20,000 nt of DNA. It comes from Kondoa subrosea (Eukaryota). Positions within the stretch are counted from its first letter, which is position 1; each line of letters opens with the position of its first letter. Position numbers and translations under genes: made by a program. This document shows, piece after piece, positions 10,001-19,956 of this stretch. The notes beneath the pieces were generated by a model. The model worked only from the letters and a program-made list of their open reading frames with translations, ran no database searches and was not told the origin of the DNA. The DNA lies in NCBI GenBank assembly GCA_039545335.1, contig BCIN01000002.1:3376689-3396688 (forward strand). The letters run 5' to 3'.

Positions 10001-11907
10001 TCACAGCTTCGCTCCCAAACCCAATGCTGTCTTGATGGCTTGGCGGACACCCAAATCAAGCATCTGCGCCAACGAGAATCAGAGGGACTTATTGTGTGAA
10101 GCCCTGTGAACACTCACCACTTCTTCGCTTCCTCCGGGGATAGTAATGCCTCGAACCTCACGATAGATGCGTTCGATTCTTTCCGCTCTTCCGCCCCGAG
10201 TATATCCAATACCGCCGACAATCTGTACGGCCTCCCGACTGAAATTAACATACTGATCAGCATGAGGTATGCCAAATGATAGGGAAGACTTACGCTACCA
10301 GTTCAAGGACTAAACCTGTATGCGCCTTGAGTAGAGCAGTAGTCCCTCCCAGTAGTCTGTTGCCTTCTTCGTGACTGCAGATCGATCAAAAAACGCTGCA
10401 AGTGATCACGAAGTTGAACTAACCTGAGATTCTCAAGTTGATAGATCAAGGACTCAATCCACGCCTGCTGACTTTCTATTACCTAGTGTTGCCGTATCAG
10501 CGCTGCATCGGTAGTTACAGTCTACAGTCTGCTCACTCTGGCCATATGCGCAAGTTTGAAGCGAATGACAGGCTGGCTGAGCAAAGTTTGCTTGAAGACC
10601 ATACGACCCGATGCATATCTGTAATTAGAATCGTCAAAATATGCTGCTTGACAGTTAAAGCGACTGATTCGCACGACAAAGCATCTTCAATGCAACATCG
10701 AGCCATTCGATTTGCGTTGTAAGCAATCATCATACGTTCCTAAACAAGAGATGAGTTGTAGCTTTCGAGACCAGACCAAATACTCACATGATTGAAGTTC
10801 TGCAAAATATACGAGAAGGCCTTCCCCTCCTCGCCTAAAAGGTATTCAACGGGTACTTTTACATCCTCGAAATCCAGGTAAGATGTTCCAGCACTTGCAG
10901 TGCCAGAAAGCTTCATCTTGCGAGTCTTGACACCCTCAAGACGAGGAATTAGCAAGAAAGTCAGGCCTTTCGGATCTCCTGGTTGGCCAGAAGTTCGGAC
11001 TGCAGTGGTGAAGTAATCGGACCAGACTTGGTTATGTCGAAATTGATGTCTTATAATCAAATCATGTACAGCGAGAGCTTACCAGCATTTGTGATCCACT
11101 TCTTCGAACCATTAACGATATAATGTTTTCCATCTTTGGACTTCACGGCAGAAGTCGAAACGTTCTTGACATCAGATCCAGCTTCTGGCTGCGACAACAG
11201 CATAAGTTCGGACAGAAAAGATAGCGCTGTTTTGATCTACCTCTGTTATTGCCAAACAAACTCGCTTCTCGCCGCGAATTAAAGGCGGAATGACCTTTTG
11301 CTTTAGTGCTTTGCTCCCGTATCGCGAGATTGGCGGAAACCCGATTTGAAGACCTCCAAACAGACCCATCACTAGTGGTAACTTTAGCTTTCCTTATCGT
11401 TCCCTCGTCCAGACCGAATAGGTGCTAACATGTTCCGAGTCCGCCAACACGATTCAACTCGTCTATCATCACAAAGTCACTGCAATTCATGTCGATAAAG
11501 CCTCCCAGCTGCTGCAGGAAGCGTGGCTCACTGAAAACCTGGCAATATCAAACACCAAATAAGCGACTTATCGAATCAAGCTGACAGCGAAACTGACCAT
11601 TCCAGTCGTCAGGCGATATACCTGCAATAATTCCTCTATTGTCCTTTGCATTTACCCATTCCTTCTCTATATGAGTGCCAAAGGCAAAGGGCAGCATCAT
11701 TCCAGCTTTAGCCGCTTCCTTGAGCATATTATGATCGGGTTCGCCAGCTTCTTCCCAATCTGCAACGTTCTCCATCAGGTGTTCTTCCACAAAAGCGCGA
11801 GTTAGCGCTCTGAGTTTGCGATGCGATTCATTGTAGTAAGGCGACGGCAGAGAATGCCACGCAGGCTCAGCAAAAGGTATCAAAGATGTAGCAGATTCAG
11901 CAGACAT
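10001..11907 (-). CDS. Acyl-CoA dehydrogenase, probably peroxisomal (C-terminal AKL), about 12 exons
   Basis: IPFAEPAW...SPYYNESHRKLR, CLAITEPEAGSDV, YIVNGSKKWITNA, FEDVKVPVEYLLGEEGKAF, NFNHER, AREAVQIVGGIGYTRGG, IPGGSEEVMLDLGVRQ...GAKL* (TGA 10001-10003). Confidence 0.93.
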
Positions 11908-12219
11908 GACTAGAAGATGGAATATTGTGATTGTACAAGCAAGCTAAGCGAGCCAGGACCAAAGTCTGAAACAAGAGGTGAACCAAAACTCTCGGCAATG
12001 TCAAGTTGGCAGAATGGAGCAAGCGGTAGGAATTATCGATGAGCGTGAGTCAGACCAAGGCAGCGCAACAGAGCAAATATAGTAGCTAAGTCACTATGGC
12101 CGACAGAGGACAAGAGGAATTCGAGCGATAAGATCACTGATTTGCGGCTTACACCGTGACAGCCCAAGTAATCTCTAACGCGTCTACAGCTTGAGCACTC
12201 CGCAAGGTATAAGTGCAGG

Positions 12220-13774
12220 ATGGCCAGACCTTGCAAATCCATGAATTGGATCTCATTGTGGAGCACAACAGAAGAAGGCAAACAATGGACTTCAGTCAGG
12301 TGCCTCAAGGTCAGTTCCAGGACAAGACAGTCATGGTGCCTGCATACTGATCACAGCAACTGCAGTGCGGTGAAAGGTATATTGTATGATGAAACTCGTC
12401 TCGTTCGGCTTACTAAGCAAAGGTTGACAGGCTACTGGATAGAATAAAGGCAGATGCCGTCTACTCTACACTGTTTCCATCAGCGGATTCACATCACTTC
12501 ATAGACTGTATGTCACTCTTCGCGGTTTGCGTCATGAAATATTTGACATCGAAAGTATAGGTTCAATGAGCAAGGTTGGAGGTCTTACTCAAGGCAATCT
12601 TCGCCGAAGAGAAGACCTATGTCAAGCTGAGCGGCTACACATGGCCAAGGTCGCGGCGAAGCGGCTCAATCGAGGTGACTTCAGCATGGGCGAGCTGAAG
12701 AAACTGGCAGAACAGAATGGCGAAGATGTGGAAAAATATCTCTATGATGTAGCATTGAGACCGCGAGCTTCCGCACCTTGCCTTCATTCTCTAGCTGAGC
12801 TGTTCTGGAATAGGAAGCTGGAAATACCGCAAAACCTACCTCGGCTCCGTCAGCGACCTCAATCAGTAGACCTGAAGCCTGAAATTTCTGCTGAAGCAAA
12901 GGGCAAAGGTCGTGCTATCATTGACTCCTCTGAGGATGACGAGGACGAAGATCGTATGCGCGGTACAGAAGAGAATACAGATGCCAAGCCTGAAATCATG
13001 TGTGTCCTCTTTTTTTGCGTTGTTCCGCTTTACTGATTCATTCACAAAAGTACGGCACCTTTGCAAGTCAAGGACTACAAATGGCCGGAAGATGTTCAGC
13101 TGGAGAAGCTTCGAAATGGCTATGTAGTACCTCGAACAGAAGAAACGTTAGCGAGATTAGCCAACCCCGAAGCCAAGTCGAAACGTTCAGGCTCGAGCTC
13201 TCAATCAGTCGATAAAGATGAGGATATGTCGGACACAAGTGCAAATAACAGACGGAAAAGTCGCAGGATAACGAATGTGTGTTCTGGACGATGTCGCTGA
13301 TTTCTCGCAGACACTGACATGTTTTATGTAGCGGCAACGGGGAGCGCAACTACCACATCTTGAATTGGTCGACCTAGAAGCGCAACTCGCAGGTAAAGCA
13401 AAAGCCAAGGCGAAGAAGACAGCCAAAGCGCATCACAATTATGCTTCTGTTGAAAATCTCCTGGAAGACCTTGGTCTAGAATTCGCGGATGCAGCTGCTG
13501 ATGCACTGAAGCAGTTCAAGGTTATCAATACATCGCAATTTTCTCGCTTTACACCAATCTGGTCAGTGAGTTCGATCCAGAACGCACCTTGATTGAGCTC
13601 TGTAGTAGGTGGAAGTTCTTTTGCAACGACAGGCTTTCGAGATTGCTATCAGCGGAACAAACGATAGGTACGGTCCGGCTTTCACCTACGCAAGATCGAT
13701 TTGACGAATTCTCAACAGAATTGTCAACGGTTGTCGAAACTTGGCTCGTGGATCTGGGACGAGTCAGTACATGA
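12220..13774 (+). CDS. Hypothetical multi-exon protein with a putative CxxC...HxxxC zinc finger, charged linker and SAM-like C-terminus; start uncertain
   Basis: Consecutive + ORFs join in frame through short introns (12310-12365, 12377-12430, 12508-12560, then about 13000-13050, 13277-13331, 13562-13608, 13668-13718) and end at TGA 13772-13774. An upstream exon in 12014-12190 is possible but could not be resolved. Confidence 0.65.
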
Positions 13775-13910
13775 TTACCCTGGATGATAAGGCTCGCCCC
13801 ACAAGCGCGGGTATATCCTTATTCCCGACTCTGCATAATGTTTCTCAAGTGCATAACACTCGAGACTTGTGAAGAAAGCGGGTTTTTTCCTGTGACCAAA
13901 GTGTAGCTAT

Positions 13911-16625
13911 ATGTTCTCCCGTAAAAAGGTGCACTCGATAGAACCAGCCCATCTGCAACAGAACCCTGGATTACGAAACGACAATGCAAGTTGTTATCTG
14001 AACTCAACATTGCAAGCCCTCGCAGCTTCAGATTATCTACACGACGCTTTAGCGGACTTTGACGAAGCCGGTCCTACGTCTGTCAAGTCGAGCAGCTCAT
14101 CTCAGTCGCCCTCTCTTGCTCAACTGAGTGAAAGTCATTACCCGCCTGATGTGCCCATTGCTGCAAATTTGACAACTGTTCTTCGCAAGATTTGGTCTGT
14201 AACAGATGCTCTTCCCTCAGTCAAGAAAGCCAGACCAGTAGATCCTGCAAACTTACATCGAACGTTGGCTGCCAAGAATACAGAATACGATGGTGCAAGT
14301 CAGCAAGATGCGCATGAAGCATTGCTGTATCTCCTAGAAGAGATGCGAATGGAAGAGCTTGATGTGAGCATGACCCGCTGACTCTTCATGCATTACTGAT
14401 TTCCCCTCTTTTCAAGTTGATCAAGAAGATTAGACCACCTCAGCCGCCGAAGAAGAAGAAAAGAGTAACATCACGTACGTTCTTGTATATGGACAGTCTT
14501 TATTCCAGCTTATCTTCATATAGCTGCCGATTCGGAAGAGTCTTCCAGCTCTTCCAGCTCTGAAGACGAGGCTCCTCAGAAAGCCAGCGGACTTGTTCCC
14601 TTCGTGGATACAATGTTTACCGGTAAACTTGCGCAATTCATCATATGCGAGCACTGCAAATACGTTTGTGCTTTCAATCGCTTGGGGCTTCACATAATCT
14701 AAACAATTTTGGGCAGGTCTCTGTTGCTTATGAGCCATTCACCGACTTATCTGTACCGCTCAAAGGCGAAGGTGGTGCGTGAGCTAAGCAGATCGTAGAC
14801 GTCTATTGACTACCCCTTGGCACAGATAAACCGGAACGACGGAGAAGCAGAATCAAGAAGTTTCTCACTTCCAACTTCGTACCGCCAGAGTCTGGTGCGA
14901 TCAGTTCTTCTCCCCCATCAAGTAGTGCTACTCGTCCTTCTTTCAATAATCGTCGCCCTTCTTTCCTAAGTCAAAGTGATACTGAAGCATCGGAGTCAGA
15001 TGACACATCTTCAAAGCAGGAAGAAGCAACAACTTCATATGATGCGAAAGTCAAACGGAGGCGGAGCTTGGATCCGTCTAGCCTGCGCAAGCACAAGTCC
15101 ATTTTCGCTCATTCCGCGTCAAATTTTTCTGCACTTTCGCGAGATCCATCCCCTTCTGGAAATGGCAGGTACTCCAGCGGTGGAAGCGACACTGGGAGCA
15201 ATGTATCGAGATCTACGTCAGCATCTACGAAACCTACGAAACTCAATCGAGAAGAAACGGAATATGTCAAGCGTGTTCTCGCTCAAATCCCGACATCTAA
15301 CTTCAAATCTCCACTTGATCTGCTTCGCATTGCCTCTCCAAACAATCCAGGCGCACCAGGCCCAAATGGAAATGGTCATCGAACAGACAAACAGCATGAT
15401 GGTCTGCTCGAAGCGCAAATGTCTACTGGCTTATATCAAGCGCTGTGCCAGTTTACAAGTGTTGAGGTAAGTCACAAATCATGTGATCAAGATCTTCATT
15501 GACTATCCGCTTGCTTGTAGGTCCTGGAAGGCGATAATGCTTTCCACTGCCATAATTGCTGGAAGCTTGCGAATCCGAGAATGCGGAGATTGCGCCCAAG
15601 AAGTGATACTATCACGGCACCACCAGCAGCTTCGGCCTTACCTCAACAGCTAGAGCAGCTTCATTTCAATCGGCAACGTGCAACTTCAGAAGCTCCTACT
15701 ATCCGAATCAGCCCCACAAGCTTCGGGATCGAATCCGCAGTCACTAGCGATACCTTATCAGACATTCCAGCGTCAGATGTTGAGTCTGGAATAGAAACCG
15801 ATGTCGAATCTGAATTCGCAAGTGATCATCAAGCAACTCAATCGGAAGAAGGCGGTGATCATGTCAATGTAGAAGACTCACCAGAAATAAGCACTCGTCA
15901 GTTGCCGCCTACAGTAACATTTGCCAATGCTTCGCCGCGAACTGCTATTCCAAAAGCAGAAAGGTATATCACAAGGAGAGCTCGCAAGCGCTATCTTATC
16001 GATACATTGCCCTCCGTTCTTTTCATCCACTTCAATCGATTCCAACAGACCAGTCGAAGCTCTTTCCTTACTGGAAACACATCATTCAATAGCTTAAAGA
16101 AGAATGATGATTTCGCCTCGTTCCCTCTCCAGCTAGACTTGCAACCTTTCCTCGCGCCTCTTGGCAGGCCACCTCGGCGGAATCGCAAGGGCGGATACGA
16201 CAAGCACATATATTCTGAAGATTTGGAAAAGCACGAACACACGCAATATCGACTGAAGGCTGTTGTTGTGCACTCTGGGTCTATGAGTAGTGGTAAGTCG
16301 GATTATGTTTCACGTGCATCAAGATCTAATGATGTTTACAGGTCATTACATCTGCTTTGTTAGTTCTGGACATACCGCACCCATACATCGCACGAGATCA
16401 ACGAATTCTGACCCGTCTGCGATGGAAGAGAAAAGTCTGGATAGTCTGGATGTCGCTTCAGCTCCTGCTTCGCTCAGTACATCGCCAGAAGCAAGCACTC
16501 TGATTCAAAATTCGTCTTCAACGGGCAAGCAATGGTTATATTGCTCAGACGAGGAAGTGCGGCCAGCTCCCATCAGTGAAGTTATGAGATGTAAAGCGTA
16601 CATATTATTGTATGAAAGGGAGTAG
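13911..16625 (+). CDS. Ubiquitin carboxyl-terminal hydrolase (USP / peptidase C19), 7 exons
   Basis: Cys box PGLRNDNASCYLNSTLQAL, QQDAHEALLYLL, finger zinc pairs CEHC and CHNC, LPSVLFIHFNRF, His box YRLKAVVVHSGSMSSGHYICFV, WLYCSDEEV, AYILLYERE*. Confidence 0.93.
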
Positions 16626-16865
16626 AGAGAGTGATGTACATGTTCACTTGGAGCAACTGCCAATCTCTCAAAAATAGACTTTCATTCTGGTCAATTGCAA
16701 AGACCGGCCTGAGGGCAGACAAGCATCGCACGTACTCAAATGTACGCTGTGAAGGTCCCATCAAAGCAAGTAACCAAGAAGCCTACTCGTTCTGACCTAT
16801 CCGCTGGAAGCGCTGATGTTTCGGCGAGTCCTCCATGGCTTTCCGCCCCAGCTTCGCAGGATTAC

Positions 16866-17941
16866 CTACAGCTGCCAAGTCATTTCAAGCAGCTCTTCAT
16901 ACTTGAATTCCCTGCCTGTCTTGCCTTGAAAGTCTGCCAACAGTCTTCTTTCTTTCGAGTCTTCGTTCTTTTCAGCATAAAACCGCTGCAGACGCATACA
17001 TAGAAGCTGAGCATCGGTTTGAGAAATAAGCTGTCCAGATCCTGAATCACTTGCTGTGATTTCACCACGAAGTAGAACGATTCCATGCGAAAGTGCTAGA
17101 TCGGTATAGTGTGTTAGAATGAGAGCTGGTTGAGCAAAAGTCCCATGGCTCTTGTACGAGGCCAAAGAAGTGAAGAGCACAGTAGTTGTTTCTGGTGTGC
17201 CTGCTGGCATGGTTGAAGAAGAAGGAACGAAGGCCCATTCAAGAAAGATGTTTTCCGCTCCAATTGTTCCGTCAGATGTTTCTCGAGGCAGAGGGATAAT
17301 GAAGCGCAGATTCTCGCTAGCTATTGCAGTCATTCGCTTATAGGTTTCGACTGGGATGACGGCGCCTAGTTTCGTTGTTGATTTGGCTGAAGCATGATAA
17401 GCTTTCCAAAGGGCAGAAATCTCCTCAGCCAAAGGTGCAGGATGCCTTGTCAGAAGCTTCTGTAGGTCTATGATGTCCGAAAGAGGCTGTAGATACCTTG
17501 AGCTCGGCTGAAACTGAAGAGCGGACTGCTGACCTTGATGCCGCTCTTGCTCTTCGCTTGATCGATCCCGCTCGGCAATGAAGGAGCTACAACAGCAGAA
17601 GGTATCTGTTGCAAAGATGAATTGCTTGCTAGCTTGGGAGTCGAGCTGAATGGTTTGATTGATTTCACTTTTTCAGCTTGACGAGCCTTGTCCTTCAACG
17701 TCTGTAAGTCTACTCCTTTCCTGGCGTCCAGATGAACAAGAACTTAAGACAAATATGGATTCACTCACGCCTTTGCCGCAGCTTCCAGCGCCAGCCCATA
17801 CTTCTGTTCATACTGTTGCCGTTTTTGAGCTATCCTTTCCCGTGAACCTTTCAATGCCTCTGGTACTTCAGTAGTCAGATATCGGAAGCTGCTGCATTTT
17901 TGGCAAGATAGAGCTGGTCGAGATAACCGGCTTGTGATCAT
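16866..17941 (-). CDS. ATP11: Mitochondrial F1-ATPase assembly chaperone Atp11, 3 exons
   Basis: Presequence MITSRLSRPALS..., YEQKYGLALEAAAKAKG, GIKPLSDIIDLQKL, EEISALWKAYH, FIIPLPRE, VLFTSLASYK, THYTDLALSHGIVLLRGEI, DAQLLCMRLQRFY. Confidence 0.92.
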
Positions 17942-18068
17942 CGTGTCTTAACAACCCGCTGATTGGCTTCAAGCTGCAAGAGGTGGCTTCCTGCAACTTG
18001 CGTATTGGTCAACAAGTGTTGTCAAAGGTCAAGCATGATCATAATACAGTCTACACAAATGAATCTGG

Positions 18069-18375
18069 CACTGCGGGCATGCAACGGTTCGCAGTCAAGC
18101 GCGAAAGCATTGTCCGCCATTCGTTCGCAAAGGCAAAGTGTACGAATGCATTCGTTCGGCAAGCGTTCGATGATATGTGTGAATTGCACGCGAACGGATG
18201 GCGAACATTGGCCCATATTGAGCCCTAAGTCTGTCCCATTCGGCAAGCGTTCGCATATGATTCGCCTGATTAGCTAAATGCATGGCGAACGCATTCATTC
18301 GTTCGCTCCCGTGAAGCGAACGGATGGCGAACCATTCGTTCGCTCTTATCTGCGAACGGTTGATTACCCGCAGTG
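18069..18375. mobile_element. Non-autonomous CACTA/CACTG (En/Spm-like) DNA transposon or MITE, 307 bp
   Basis: Ends CACTGCGGG...CCCGCAGTG. The imperfect terminal inverted repeat is about 60 bp (48/60 by manual alignment). TGG flanks both ends (18066-18068 and 18376-18378). The interior carries many CATTCGTTCG(C) and GCGAACGGATGGCGAAC motifs in both orientations. Confidence 0.85.
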
Positions 18376-18447
18376 TGGCTCGATCGCTACTAAGACTTCC
18401 ACTGGCTCAAGACTGGCTTGCTCAAGCTCGAATTCACTCTCCACTGT

Positions 18448-19345
18448 TCACACTTGACCAAGCTTCTCCAATGATCGAATCCAGCTCGAGGCTCGAGAGA
18501 CAAGCGCTACTCGAGACCGAAGACTGCTTGCTGCTGTCAGGGNCTTGACTGAACTACACCGATTCGCCCTTTTACTGATGACTGCTCTACTTGAGCGACT
18601 GCTTTCACGCCTTTGCTCGGACGACTTGAAGACACTACTCGCTTGCACGCTACTCTTCAAAGCTTGCTGACGGGCAGCTCGCGCTTTCCTTTCCCTTTCN
18701 ACCTGACTGATCAAAGATGCTTGCTGCCAGCTTCTTCTGCTCTCAGGTCTACTGCTACCAATCAAGGTCAGACTGACAAGGAGCTCTACGGAAGCTGAGA
18801 CACAAGAGTCTGAACTCAAGCTCTATGCGGCTTTCATCTCTACCTTTGGCAAAGACATCTCCTCGCTGGTTTCTGCTCTGCTATTTCGACAGACTATCTT
18901 ATGCTCAGCCCTGGCTTACTTTTGCTCGCTCGGACGCGGCACTTGACTGAAGCTGAGCACTGAAAGCTAGACCTCTTGTTTGACAAGCTGCGACTCAATC
19001 TCTTGCTGCTTCACCACTTGCTACTTCGCTATTTGATTTGACGCACAGAAGATAGCTTCCAGCTGGACTTTCTTCTGTCTTTGCAGGCTTGACATTGACC
19101 TGCTGCTTTGGTTGTGATATCTTGAAGCTGCGTTTCGGTCGATCACGAACTTGATGGCTCGGCGCTTCCAAGCAACAGCAACTGCAGGACACAAATGAAG
19201 ACTGGCTAGAGCGAAGGTCTTACTAGTCATAGGACTTTGTTGCTTTTTTCCAAGCTTTTGCAAAGGAAGAGTTACGCTGAAAGTGACTTGACCTTGACTT
19301 CGCCCTTTGCTTCTAAGCTTGCGACTTACTTCTATTGATGGCTTT
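18448..19345 (-). pseudogene. Possible degenerate coding remnant of unknown origin
   Basis: Minus-strand frames give charged, Q/K/S-rich stretches interrupted by TAG stops (e.g. KVQLEAIFCASNQIAK*QVVKQQEIESQLVKQEV*) and a few intron-like GTAAG...CAG segments. No family is recognisable. Confidence 0.25.
18490..18561. repeat. 72-bp direct repeat, copy 1
   Basis: GGCTCGAGAGACAAGCGCTACTCGAGACCGAAGACTGCTTGCTGCTGTCAGGGNCTTGACTGAACTACACCG matches 19346-19417 with 2 substitutions and one N. Confidence 0.92.
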
Positions 19346-19417
19346 GGCTCGAGAGAAAAGCGCTACTCGAGACCGAAGACTGCTTGCTGCTGTCAGGGTC
19401 TTGATTGAACTACACCG
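19346..19417. repeat. 72-bp direct repeat, copy 2
   Basis: Near-identical to 18490-18561 and followed immediately by TTAGCGAGAGTTA. Confidence 0.92.
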
Positions 19418-19956
19418 TTAGCGAGAGTTAAAGTATGAGAGGTAAAATGCGAGCGTGATCTACAGGTGTGCTGGAAGCTGAGTCTTGTATCAGAGGAAGA
19501 TAGTTGAGTTTGAAGCTGGAGGTGAGTATCTCAGGGAGATAGTTGGATTGTATCGAAACTAGTTGCAAGGTAGTTTCGCTAATGCTTCTTCAGTCGATAA
19601 TCCGAAAGACAATTGAGATGAAAAGACTCTCAAGCAAGTTTCTGAGCCTTAAGTATGCGACATTGCAAAATATTGTTATTCTATTGTGCTCTGGACACGT
19701 GCAGTATAAGCTCATAAACAGCCTGTTTGCTGCTATGAATACTCTGAATAACATCTGTAGTCCCATTGAAGAGCCAGCTATGTTTTTTGCTGTGAAGTCA
19801 GTGACTCTCTTCCTGTGTTGACGGTGTGGTCTCAGGGATCAATGTAATAGCTATGTGTGTAATGACTTCATTGTACTGTGTCTGCTCTCATGAGGCAATA
19901 GCTCTGTTCAAAGCAGATTGCTCGAATTCTTGTTTGCACTCGAACCGTCATGTCTC

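Noticed and set aside
2105..17941. Mitochondrial gene cluster (NUC1, COX5, ATP11)
   Set aside because: The genes are interspersed with unrelated housekeeping genes; three of eleven is unremarkable.
17963..18298. Several overlapping short ORFs on both strands
   Set aside because: They run through the quasi-palindromic MITE and show no protein motif; artefacts of repeat composition.
18117..18345. CRISPR-like array from the recurring CATTCGTTCGC motifs
   Set aside because: Eukaryotic context, short motifs in both orientations with irregular spacing, and no cas genes. Better explained as transposon subterminal repeats.
18490..19417. LTR retrotransposon or TRIM bounded by the 72-bp repeats
   Set aside because: No TG...CA ends, target-site duplication, primer-binding site or polypurine tract is visible.
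19543..19821. 92-aa plus-strand ORF
   Set aside because: Non-ATG start, no motif and no splice context; it lies in degenerate repeat DNA.
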